NCBI GenBank assembly: GCA_000934665.2
Contig: KZ538531.1
Span: 1 to 63,811 of the forward strand
Reading direction: 5' to 3'
Origin: Catajapyx aquilonaris
Taxonomy: Eukaryota
Length of the DNA: 63,811 bases
Below the pieces are notes generated by a model. The model ran no database searches, was not told where the DNA came from, and was given only the letters and a program-made list of their open reading frames with translations. This document shows positions 1 through 13,100 of this stretch, piece after piece (the first letter of the stretch is position 1; every line of letters begins with the position of its first letter). The translations under genes and the position numbers were made by a program.

Positions 1-2255
1 TCGCGCATTTGGTTTGAAAAGACTGCAGCCCATTATGGTCATTTTTATACAGTTATTGCTGAGTGTGTGTTGCAAATTTGCGCACACCCAAGAAGAAGTA
101 AAAGTCAGGAGCGGATATATATGCGAGTGTACATCCGTTATATCCTTATGCCCATCTCTGCGCAAAATTATCAGTGTTCCGCATTCCTTTGATGCTCGTA
201 GGTTGCACATGGGTTATTTTCATCTGTTAACTTGATTAAATACCGTTGAATACACACCCACACCCATACCAGTAATGCATATTGCATTTTTATTCGTCAT
301 GTTGCACTTGTATGAGAAATATTGTTATTTAGAAGGTTTATAATGTCCCCCTGTATTATGATTACGAATCGACACAAATCATGACACCGTGCATTAACAA
401 GCAAGCAAATGTGACTATCGGTCTATTATTTCAGGTTGACTTGTTCTGCCTTTTTTGTTACGTCGGTAGCCCATTAAAATAAAATAAAAACGTAAATCGA
501 CATTCCTGCACTTCAAGCACACAGCATGGGAGATGGGCGTATGAAAGATTTCACACTGCTTTCGTTTTATGATCTTAAAGCTACTCAAAACAAAATATTT
601 GTCTTGTGCAAAAAAAAAAAAAAAAAAAACTAGAAGAAAATATCATGAATGGAGCATTTGTGTTTCTTGAGACTGATGGTCGAGTGAAACAGACGTCTCG
701 TAAAAAAGTTTTAAGAAGAACAAGTTGATTCTGAATCAACAGCCAGCCAGACATCACAGTATTCTCGGACAATGTGTTAAATATTTCTGCAAACGTGTGT
801 CTAAGTAAATATTGCATTCATGCGCGTTTATTGTCGATTTTTATTATTCCCCCAACATTTCATTTTCTCATATTTATTACCGTCTCCCAAAGGCATAAAA
901 CATGCACGGTTTGCTATATATAAAAAGGATCTTGTTACCATACTAGGAGCACTGTTTCCCGAAGAAGATGAAAATCGTCCACATATTTCAATTAGTTATG
1001 CTGCCTAAGGTATCACAACAGTGCGATGGCCGGGTCTAGGGTTCCTGTTTTTCCTCTGGCCAGCGAAACTTTATGACAGTGATTTTTAAAACTCATCAAA
1101 TATGGGGGTTCTTATGTGCAGCTCAGTACTCATCTAGAGAACAGAAATGCACGAGTTGCAGGCTTCGGACGCCTGTTTTTGTGGCCCTGCCCCAGCTGCA
1201 GCCATCTGGGTCCACAGCATAAGGATTGGATGCCACGGACGGAAGGAAGGGCTCATGTGGGAGATATGTGTACACTGTGTAGTGTGTGCCCGCGAATGAG
1301 AAATGGTCGGGGCTGCTGGTGAACCGAAGGAGGGTGAAAAGCATTACATAGAGGCGCGGGGGAGTTGGCCTGTACCGAACGAAGTCACTGTGGGAGATTT
1401 TACACGACACAGACATGCACACATCCAGGAAGCGTTCCGAAACATTTATCCCGAGTTGTTTATCTACTTTTCCTCGCTATCCCTACAATCCCCCACGCCC
1501 TGTCCTCCCTCTCCATATGTCTCGCATCTGAGTGATACCTTGAATATAACTGTCTGGCATATAGCATACACATTTCGGTGCATTAACCCACTGTATTCGC
1601 AAGCAGCTGGTTCAAAAGCAAAGGCAGCTGATTCTACTCTGGAGTCAGGAGCCAGATATTATAAATATTTGGATTTTACCGGCTGGTACTTCCAGAGACT
1701 TTTAATTCCATTCATTCCTCTTTAGGAGCGTCTGAAATGCATTTAGGACTCTGCGTGACATCGTACATACTTAATATGAGTAAGTGAATAAGATGTATGC
1801 TGTACAAAAATTGTGTCCCGGTTATCAGGTAATCCATGGTCAAATCATAACCTTACACAACACGACGCAAACAATATATTGTCCTTTAATGCTCGGATGA
1901 TCCCAGCAGTTTCTACCTCTTGTCTCAAAGTCAAAAGCTACCGAATAGTGATGATCTAAATCTCTGTTGGCACAAACCGACTGTCTCGTCAACTTCCCTT
2001 GGTCCTAAGCAAGATTGACAACATCCTCTTCGCTCCTGCTACGTCACATTTGAGCGAACCCATCGAATTAATTACCTACACTGTCTAAAGTAGGTTACTA
2101 CATCATTATCCCACATTGCACTAAGCAAATTTAAACACAGGGCCCCCCATTCAGGGCCCCCTGAGCAGTGCGCGTATTGAACTGGACGCAAGACCTCTGA
2201 CACCATGATATCATGCCACTTAATCAGTCCAAACACAAGTGTGGTGTATACTTAC

Positions 2256-2342
2256 CCTCGAACTCCTGGAAGCCTTTGGGTCCAAGTACGTCCTCAGTTT
2301 ATTGAGATAGTGAGAAGGTGGTCCTTTGGCGTGGACCCGCTC
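2256..2342 (-). CDS. FMNL: Formin-like coding exon 3
   Basis: tttcag|GAG CGG ... TCG AGG|gtaagt; 29 codons, [18 protein letters not shown] motif. Confidence 0.92.
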
Positions 2343-5300
2343 CTGAAACAACACGTCGAAAGAAAGTATTAATTTCAATTTCATATTTCTGCCCATATGA
2401 TTATTTCCATGCACAATTATACACATATAAAAACAATTAATCTTGTCTCGTTAAAAAATAATCCGCACCGATGATGAACGACTTTACCTCATACCAGTCA
2501 TACGCATATAAAATCTCCGCCGGGATTCGGTTTTCGCAGCATAAGAATCCATCATAGCCTAGTTTCACTGTGTAACGTAAGCTCTTTGTAGTGTATTCGC
2601 GCGTTTTATATAGAGACCTCGGATCATGCATAGAAGCCGAGCAGCCAGCAAAAAGGAGACCATGAGGAGCCTTCGCAAATGATTTCGACCCAGTATAAAG
2701 AGTCACACATCTGCGACCGATCCAGTCTCGCGGCTTTTTACGGCCGCCAACCATTCGCAAAACACTATGGAGCCTCAGGAGGACCTTGAACAAAGAGGGG
2801 TCAAGTGTTCTTTGCAGCTCGCCCAGAAGGGGAAGGTGAATATGCTCAGTGACTCAAAGGAAAGGAAAACCACCCCGTTGCATTGCGCTCATATATAAAC
2901 AGTGGACACATTATGAAAAGTTCTTGCTCCATTTTCTATCGGTCTTATCCTCTTGCCCATTGAGTGTTATCCCTTGCACTGACATAATACGCCGTCTTTT
3001 CGATCCGCTCCCAACATTCATGTTTAGTATCATAGCCTGCATTAGTTAAGATAATTGAGGTCCATGACTCGTTTATCAGAATAAATTCTGCACAGCTGAC
3101 TTATACCCTGCCCTAAACAATAGCTTGAAAATGAGAAATCCTGACCAAAAACACATGAACACATCGTATATCACTCGGTGCCTCTACAAGTACTTGCTGA
3201 TGATAATAATAATAATTAGGGAGGCGGAGTGGCGCCGTAGTAACGCCGCGCCCACGGAAGTGAAGGTCCCGGGTTCGATCCCAGCCCGGGGTTCCCACCT
3301 TCTTTCGTGCAGAGTTGGGCCATCTCTGGCTTCGTCTCAGGTGGTATTTCCACAGACTAAACCACCCGGGGGAGTTCACAAAATGACCGTTAGAGACATT
3401 GCACTTGCACTTTGCACATCCCCTCCTACCAACCCTGGAGTAATTAAATAAGATCTTCTTATACGGCTCCAATTTACGATGGTGGTAATCCACCCCCCTA
3501 AAGGACAAGTAAATCCCAATGGGGTAATGCAATAATAATAATAATAATAATTCATAACTATCATAAGTCATCTAAAATATCAAATTTCGGGTGAAAATTC
3601 CGTTCACTCCTTATTTCGACGAAAAATGGGCACCTGCAACTTCTAGAAATCACTGTAATTCTCCAGAAGTTCATCCTCATCCTCTTGGAAATCTGCCCTC
3701 TCGAAGGTGAATCGGAGAGATGTTCAGTGAAGTCCGAAACTACTTCCACGTCCCGTTTTAGTACCACAGAAGTGAGGAACATCCTCCCAAAGCCCTAAAC
3801 CCCCTCAATTTTTGATGGAAATAACGTGAAGGCGTCCCAAGTTGTTGTCCTCTCACAAAAGCCTATTACAATGGCCCTCCCCAGCCCCTCTCCGTCAACA
3901 ATCAACACAAGACTTCCTTTTTGCGCCCTTTTTTTCTCTCTCTCCATCACTTGAGAGCGCCGGGGAGCAATTTTGCAAGGGTTATTCACAAAAGAGCTCC
4001 ATACACGTATTATGAAGCAAGCAGATGGGGATAGGCACCAGAGCGTGCCAGATGGCCCATACAGCTGCTGATCCCGGTTCTTATTTACACTCTGCAAGTT
4101 TCCTAGTATCACTTGATACGATTTATGCCACACCTCTGCTGTAAAAATGTGCGTTTGAACGATACAGGGTGTGCCACGTCCCAACGCACCACTCGATCGC
4201 TAATTGGGAGCAGTCTCCAGGGAGGAAACTCCAATTATCACATTTCCTGTGTTCAAAATTTCGGGACAGCTTCCAACCGACGTAAACATTTTTTCCTCCC
4301 CCAGTCCATCAGAGTGTGAGCCTAAAACCAGGGTTCAATGGCTGCAAATATGTTCTCAGAATATCCCCCCTCTAACCGGAATGGGTTAATTGGCGAACAA
4401 TGCGTTTTGAGCCCTCCAGGGGGTTTCCCAACGCCCCTCTGAGACACTCTCATCATTGGAAGGCTCCGGTTTGTGGTGTGACAACCACGTGCAAACCGGC
4501 TATGGTAAAAAATAAGCAGGTCTCCTCCTCATTCCGTGCCGTAACCCAGGTAGCCCCAACCAAAAACAACAGTACCGGTATCGATTAACACGAGCTTTGC
4601 ATTTTTCTCAGGGAGCTCGTGCACAACGCAACCCGGCTATATTGTCCTTGAAAATTGTTATTTTCATTCCTCGGCGAGAAAGCGATGTGAAACTTCCTGG
4701 TGAAATAAGAATGCAAGAATCTGCATAACGTATTAAATTTTCTGGCCCATTATTACAATTATTTGGTGGGTGGGTTGAAACCCCCGCTGGGCCCGGTCGG
4801 TAGCCCGTACAAAACTCAATTTTTAGCCGCCATTACACGGTCGACGGGGCGTTTAAACCGAGGGCCAAATGGTTAATAGGGCTCCCTTCGCATTGGAGCC
4901 CATCCATGATCCAATTATGTGATTGGATCACCCTACCAAGTGTCTTTGATTCACGATGCAATTGGAGGGTCCCCTCCTATCACAAGGTCCAATCAGCCGA
5001 GGTCCATTACTCATCCCCTTTCATTTCCAGTTAAACGTCCTGTACGCGCGTACAGCACATTTTCTCTGTTTCTATCAGCCGTAATTGCCCGTGAAAAATT
5101 ACTGTGACGGACATGTCGATGAGTCACGTTATTCCCTGCTGATGATCAAATCAGGCATCAAAAGTCCACTCACAGTCGGATCACCATATTATTATTATTA
5201 TTACCTGATCACAGATGATGTCCCACTTCTTTTCGTTGTCGTACTGCTTCAGCACTTTGGCTTTGTCTGGAGGAAGGTCCATTGAGGCCTGAAACGACAA

Positions 5301-8300
5301 AAACAACAGACATTACTTCTCCACACCCAAGATACTTTGTTGCAGAGATGATCTTGACGGACACGCCCGAAGCGGCAGGTACCATCACACACCTTTCTGG
5401 GGCGGAAAGGCGTGTCCCAAATTGTTCAGGAAGCATCTCGAATCCTTGATGGAGATAAAACACTGGCCTCTATTCGTCGAATTACATCGCTCCTGTTGGG
5501 CCGTAAGTGATTTATGCTTCACCTCTGAACGCGGAGACAATGCCATTTAGAAAGCCTTAATTAAGCCCCCCAAAATTTACTACCGTTGTGAGAAAAACAA
5601 TGGTATAAAAAAATGACCGGCTGCAGACAAGGGGGGTGGATAAAAACCCCACCTGAAACCCTACATTTTTCGTGTTTTTCTGGTAGCCAAATTATCCGGT
5701 GAAGGCCAATCGAGTTGGTGACAGGAACCGCGCTTCCTTCACCCAATTTCCTTACTCGCAAGTCTTGGGTCGACCACGCACAGTCCTAGCCATATAAGAG
5801 GAATACCTCCTATAAATCTGGAAATAGACATGTAGGGCCCGTGGTAATGTGTCCGACTGCACCCAAGGCCTCGTAACATTTGAACCCCGCAGCAAACGAG
5901 AGGGAAAGTGAGAAACACCACACACCATTATAGGAAAAACAGGTCTACCAGGTGGAAAATTCCAAACGGTCTTGTTTTTTATACGCCTCTTTTCAATCCT
6001 GCATCTCTCGATAGCAGCACCTGTCCACGACGTCCTTCGACCACAGCCAAGAAACAAAATCCTCAAGAAAATCCTTAATGGAAATGTTACTATTCCCGAA
6101 GGATCCAGACAGCCTACAATATGGTTACAAAAAAAATTGACTGAGGGCTTTTTACACTCTCGGCAGGGCTATCAGAAGGGTAACTGACCGCTTCGTAAGC
6201 GATGCATTCAAAGACGGGCCATCAGGGTCTCCGTACTTGAAAGGACTCGCTGACTTGAATATTGCACCCGCAACAACCTGGCAAGAATTCCACCCTTCAT
6301 GCTCCGTTCATATAGTTTCACGGGCAACAAAATGCACAGGATATCCGTATACTTCGACTGGAAAGTTACGTGATGATATAATATGGAGGAAACGTGGCTT
6401 TCCGTAAAATATTTGACAAATCAACATTTAGCGGATTTTTCTAACTTTCCTCATTTTTCAGTGCTTTTACTTTTACGACTGCCGGTTCCTTGTTGCTGAA
6501 AGCTATTTATCAGAACATAGCATAATTATAATCTTCAGAATAGTCCAGCCTGATGACATGGCCAGTCGACTGGGTGTGTGACACACCGTATCCTTCACGT
6601 ACCAATAATCGTTGTGACGTTAACGAAGACGAATAAGGTTGTGTATGATTCTGTGACGGTGATGCTGCCCTGCACTAGCTATTACCTAGACACGGAAGCT
6701 GAGCAGGCGAAATAATCTTGACTCTGGCTTTTTTATCAGCAGTGGAGCTCTAAAGAAATCCGGTCATACTGGCTGCGGTATATGATCAGACCGTCATTAA
6801 ATGCGACGTCGTTTCCAGCAGATTTATAACCTCCGCTGCTTCTTCGTATATAGGAGAGGGGTTGCAGAAAATTGAACTGGTATCGAGCCGATATTGATTT
6901 ATATCGAGAGTAACGTCCTGTAATTTGATCTCTTAGAGTTCAAGTACACAACAACGTACAAGCATTATTTATGATGGTTTGTGGTCTAACATGCTAGTTT
7001 AAAAATTAATCACACTCTAATCTCGGGAGCCTCTTCTGACGGTAGTCATCATTAAAAATAAATAACTGACGACTTTACACTTTAAAATATTACAAGGAAA
7101 GTTTCCAACACTTTCAACTTAGAATCTTCCGGCATAATTTAGTGCAAGCTTTCACTGAAGTTTTCGCATATAAGGCATATACTCATAGAACGGGTCCTTC
7201 GCACTGCAGCCTGTGGTAGAAGTTGCATTTCTATAATTTATCAATCCAACTCATTGCACAACACGTAGAATTCCTGTCACGCATCATAGCTTCTGATTTC
7301 GATTTCTGCCAATGAAGTCCGGTTCTCTTTATAATTACCAGAAAATGACTTCCACTATAGTCCAGATAACTCGCCACCAATAATTCAAAATCAGACACGT
7401 CACTTTAAATCCATTTCGACGCAAAAACCCAGTTTATGAGCTCCAGTAATCCGTCTCCAAACATAATAAAAGCAGTAAATCTGCCGGCTCTCCTTGCTAT
7501 CAGGCAATGTGGCACACTTTCCTTGGCTCTTTTTTATTGCAGCTATACCTATATTTTTGTGGGGCTGATTTTACCTTCGATTTTTGTGGCTTTTTGCACC
7601 TTTTGTACCGTGACGTAACTTGGCTTTCTCAGAAGGTATACGATCAGTTCTAGCCAAAGTTGACTCACTTACCGGAAGTGGCCGCGCTTTTTTACCCCAA
7701 CTCCTTTTCCTTCCAGCAGTCAGCATGGCTGCTGCAAAAAACATCAAACCGCTGCATTTCATAGGAATGTGTTTCATGCTTTCTCCTCAAAATACATCAT
7801 TCATATGCCACCTCTTTTGACCCCCAACTTCCTCTCAATGAAACTGAATTTGACGTAAATATTTTGATCGAAACTTCAAAAGAAGCGTTCTCTTATGCAA
7901 TTATTTTGCTCTGGCGACTGAACCAGCCTATCAAGTGCAAGATTATTGGCGTCAGTGTTCCAAAATAAGACATCAATCATACCGCACTTGCTATTTTTTT
8001 GTGGCTTACACGGCCACACATGTTGCACAATTTATTAGCACTTGCTTGAAGTGGTTAACTGTCCAACGTGACACATGAGACAACTCGCGATTTATAATTA
8101 GGGACTGCACAACATTATGCAAATAACAGCCTCCTACTCTAACCGGATATGCAAAACTGAGCCTTGCCAAAAATTCAAAATATGAATCATCCAATGTGAC
8201 TACTTTGCATAATACTAGAGGGTCAGTGAATCTCTGCGCTATATAAACATGGCATGCACAAACACTGCAGTTTTCAACAAAAATATAGCTGCCGCCTCTC

Positions 8301-10089
8301 CGCATTAAAACATAATTATATAGTGCATGTGCATCGCATCTTTCACCCACTTTGTCTCTCCCCAAAAAATGAAAGTTGCACCAAATATCTCCCGTTTTTG
8401 GTGCAGAACCACACGAATTCTGCGATGCATTGCCTACCAATCTACACTCCACTTTGACTAATTAACCTTCCACGATAATATCCTACCCCGACATTTTGGC
8501 CCACTACCCATGAAAGTGGGCGGAGAACACTATTAATGCTTCAAATGCTGTCAAAAGCAGGGCAGGAGAAGGCTCGCAAGCCCTAATTCTCAGTTAGTCG
8601 TGACCCATTCCCAGCACTGCATGCAACTCTTAAGGAAAAAACCAGAGGGTGGACGTTAAAAAATTTGCTTACCAATAAAAAAAATAGGTGGGATCCGAAG
8701 GTTCAGGTGTAAAAAAAAAAAATAGGTGCTTCCATGAGTGGGTTCCGCCCGCTTTTATCATCAAGTTAACCACTCTCAATTTGAGCATTTCCTTTCTATC
8801 GGGGGCGACGCCTTTGTCCCAATGGCCATAGATGGGGGTCAAAAAGAAGTCGCCGCCTTTTTTTCCTTTCAAATAGCTACAAAAACCTTGGCCAGAAAAT
8901 GAAGTAGCAGGGTGGAATTTTCACTTTTCCCAGCAAAAGTGTCAATTTGAGGCTTCGAGCACGAGGTTCCATTCTGTTATAAGGGAACTCATAATGAGAA
9001 GTGTGGGCGAGGAAAAATCAATTGTGTTGCGAGTCAGAAAGGGTCGACAATGCTGACCTCAATACCAGCCCCGAGGCCACTCAGGAAGGGTCAACATCAA
9101 TCAATGCCATCAGATCCCCCCCATGTATCCTACTCTTCCAAAATTACCTGCACACCAACTGCCATACACTTGCATTTAGCTCATCCCTCAAATCATAATC
9201 AAAATTTTCAGTACAAAGGTACATAGTCATACAAGCACATGACAGGTAATTGCCCTACGATTACGAATGACCGTGAGTCCTGGCGACACTCTCTGGGCGA
9301 GGACACAATTTTGGTGTCAACACACCACATGAGCGACCTTCACATTCGGAGTGGCCCACCTTGTTAGTGATAATCAGGCCCGTGCCACACGTTCCTTTTT
9401 TGTGCACCCTGTGTCAGGAGAAAATTACTAAGAAGCCACGGTTATGGAACATGCACAAGGAGCTCAAGGAGACAAAACTTGGTGCTACGATGGAGGGGGG
9501 TCTCATCATGTAGAACCAGATGGTGCGTGTGTGTGCAGACTCCTCCCTCTTTTGGTTATTTTGCCTGCAGACTAGCCTTCAACAAGGTAACCAAGAAGTC
9601 CCCCCATGAGAATCCCCCCTCTTTTTTTCCAAAATATCCGCATCCTCCCCAAAGGCACGTTCCACTCATCACAATACGTTTCCCCAGAGCACATCCGCCC
9701 ATTTCCCCCTGGAAATCCCTTCCACTTCTGCATGGACGGTATATTTGTACCTAAAAATTACTGGCTCGCTCTTATAGCTTTTTTGTTTTTTCAAGCACCC
9801 AAAAGACGGTTTATGTAATTGTCGAGGCACCGGATTTCGCAAGTGCACATTAAGGGCGCATCAACTGTACTTGGGCTCATAAACTGCCTAATTATGCATT
9901 GTAACCGGGCTTAACCCTGGGACGTGCGCAATGCCTCTTGAAGTCAGTCACGAGATTCGGTTTCACTTGGATGTGCGGCCATTTGCGTCGCAGCAGGCAT
10001 GCGTCACTTATATGCCTCGCCATATTTCGCTTCCAGGCAATCTCTATGACTTTTACTTGTAGAGGGCAAGAGAAAAGTTACGACTGTGA

Positions 10090-10177
<88 letters not shown>

Positions 10178-13100
10178 AGGTCACGTGCTTTTCCATTTCA
10201 TAACGGTGGCAAACTGGCAGTGAAATCAGGGGGTAAAAATCCCACACTTGCTTATTTTAATCGAGTCTGAAGGCACGAAAACTTGTAACAATTCAAGCCA
10301 TGGAGCTAAATATGCAGAGGTAAAAGAAATAATTGTAGCATTCCTTGACAAGCTAACACGAAAAGTCGTGGCTGGCTAACACACCTCTTCTAACGGCGGC
10401 CTTTGCAATGAAAATAAACGAAGTCGTGGAATTCCATGCAGGATATGACCCTTCCCTCCCAGACTTCCATACGGAAAATTTTTCGTTCCCTCCGGAAAAT
10501 ATTTCCTACGATTCGTGATCGCATCTATAATACCGGCTGTTAATTGGCCAACTTCCTGTTTGACAAATACATTCATCGTAATGGTAATAATAATAATAAT
10601 GATCACCACTATTTCTGTCACGTACTGTATGACGACCTTGATTGTTCTGACGATCTATTGGCTCATATTTTCGCTGACAAGCTGGAGATCTGTGCATAGC
10701 TATTCCGTAAGCTGGGTCTCCCCAAGGGCACCAGGCAACAATCGCGCATTGTATGCAATTTAGTTATTGCACAGACATAAAAGATATTACCAGCAGGTGA
10801 ACGTCAGTAGTACGTGGGTATACTTAATTGCTCAATTTCTGTGCTGACAGCAAACACTGAGAAACCGTTACTCCCTGTGACACTGGGTCAAAGGGCAAAA
10901 AGGTTGTTCTCTCTAGTCGACGCCCCTTAAAGAACAATAAAATCAGGTGTGTGACAATACGCAAGTGCCAGGAACTTTATGAGCCCGAAAGCACTAGTAA
11001 CCACACACTTGTGGCCTACCATCGACCCCAACCGATTGTTGACTTCGCTTTCGAAGAAAACGTGCGATTTTTGCGGATCTGTGGTATTCCACATATTCGC
11101 ATGTGTTTCAGTGAATTTCTAGGAAACGCGATATCATTGTCAGGAAAGACAATATTATCGTGGTCCGCCTATCAATTCATGTTTCTGGCAACACGTCCCG
11201 GAATTTTTGGCGCGACATTCCCGTCGAGGCTATTATACAAATTGTTACATGGCGATTGCAAGAACTAGACTTAAGTCAACGATCACCTTTCTCGGACGCA
11301 CACGTGGAAGGCCACGAGATTTGAATATATGGGCCCAGTGGCCATCAACTCGAGGGTCAAGCTCCTTGAAACTTGCCAAAATGAGCGTGTGCCAATGTAT
11401 GTTTGGGCCCACGCAAGTAGCCCCACCTTTTCTCCCCTTTTATTTTTTGAATTGAAAATGTTACATATAGCAATTTAAAATACTATTCACGTGGGGAATA
11501 TCCTAACCTCAAGAATTTGTCATCGCACGTTATAATTATTCCATTTTCCCCATATGGAAAGTCCACACTTTTGACATACTAGCATTAACCTGCAACGCTT
11601 GATACATTTTAGACACTAATAAACCATTATTATCGCCAGTTTTTTCGTTACTATTATACTTTGAGACCCAATGAACGGAACAGAATGTCGGTCTAATGAA
11701 ATCGTCCTTGGAGCTCCTTGGACGTTCAGAACAAGAAAGGTCCAGCGGACATTATTTGCACAAGTGATGATGATGAGGTGCGATGACGCATCCCACCCTC
11801 CCCCCATTTCCCCACCTTCTTCAACCCGCAAAAATACAGGCCAAGGTCGACAGGTTGAAAACTCGTCACTTTAAACGTTTACTTCACCATCACGATGCAC
11901 GTCACTTACTTCAAGCTCAACTTCCCACAATCAATTCCTCCTACCTCCTATTGCAACAAAAAAAAAATGAAAAATCACCCAATCGCGCCCCAGTAAAAGT
12001 GCGACTGATCGCATCTGAAAGCAAATCGGTCGAGTGCATCAAGGGGGATCTAGAGCTTTCACTTCCTAAACAAAGCGAGTGGAACCCATGCAACAATACT
12101 GGCTAATACCCGAGTAAATTCTCATTCAGCCAAACACCGCAACGAAAACCTAGAAATTGCGTCAGGCGGATATACTACATACATACTACTGACAGTCAGC
12201 AATATTGGTCGGATATGCGTGTGTAGCAAGAAATAGCTTTTTCCTGCTGCATACACCAGCAAAAATTATTCGATCTTCCTGTCCGGGAATTACGCTCCTG
12301 ATTACAATGCGGTTTCTAGTCCTATGACTTCATACGTGCACCACATGCGTCCTACTTTACTAACTTAACCCCAGACACATGTGGTCCCTATTGTATCCAT
12401 CAACGACATGTCAATATAGGGCGGACAGGAAGTGGTCGTCTAAATGCACACGTGGATTTACAAGTCGGGTACCCTCGAATATATCAGGCATAAATGTCCT
12501 TGGCAGTGACTTGTAGGACCCGCCCTGAGCAGCCAATGATCTCTGAATGGTCTCCCGGAACCAGCTCTCCCTCAGATGACCTATTTGGTCGGTAAAAAAA
12601 GGGGGGCCCATATCTGACATCATCTCCACATTCACAATGATACACGCCATTAGGCGCCTGGGGCCAAATAGTGGACTTTATGCTGCGCCACACATCACTG
12701 TTGATTTTTTATACTTGCCCACAACTATCCTTTCCTTGCAGTACAGGTTTTTTTAACGCTTCATTTTTTTGTACTGTACCTGCCCACGATGATCTTGCAT
12801 GCAACAAAATTCAGTTCCCTCATTTCATAACCATACCAGCTATTTTTTTTTTGTATCCTCACAAAAAACTATAATTTGCTGACAATCACGAAAACCCTTG
12901 TGGGAACAAACTACGAGCGGCATGTACAGTACGAACATGGTTTTTGAACATCCATTGATGTCAAATATCCATCACCAGCTGGCTGTTGTTTAAAAAATGG
13001 GGCCAATTCCCTGATGCATCAAGTTAATATGATGAAGAGCTTGCAGATTGCCGAATTTTCTCCAGGCCAATGACCTACCCGTGGAGAGCCACTCTGAGCA

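Noticed and set aside
1..2255. Further formin exons
   Set aside because: The expected next peptide (KRKM..STSTQVLRDLEISLRTN-like) was not found, so it probably lies outside the window.
3219..3295. tRNA gene
   Set aside because: A and B boxes are present, but I cannot build a full cloverleaf, and it continues into a body with a (TAA)n tail, so it is called a SINE.
5560..6300. Possible Merlin/ISXO2-like transposase relic
   Set aside because: The resemblance is faint and spread over broken frames; it needs a tBLASTn or HMM search.
7150..8600. Possible very old pogo-like transposase with a PHD-like tail on the minus strand
   Set aside because: Motifs are too decayed to support by eye.
9938..10270. 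ORFs with YIYIYI repeats
   Set aside because: They are translations of the (TA)n microsatellite.
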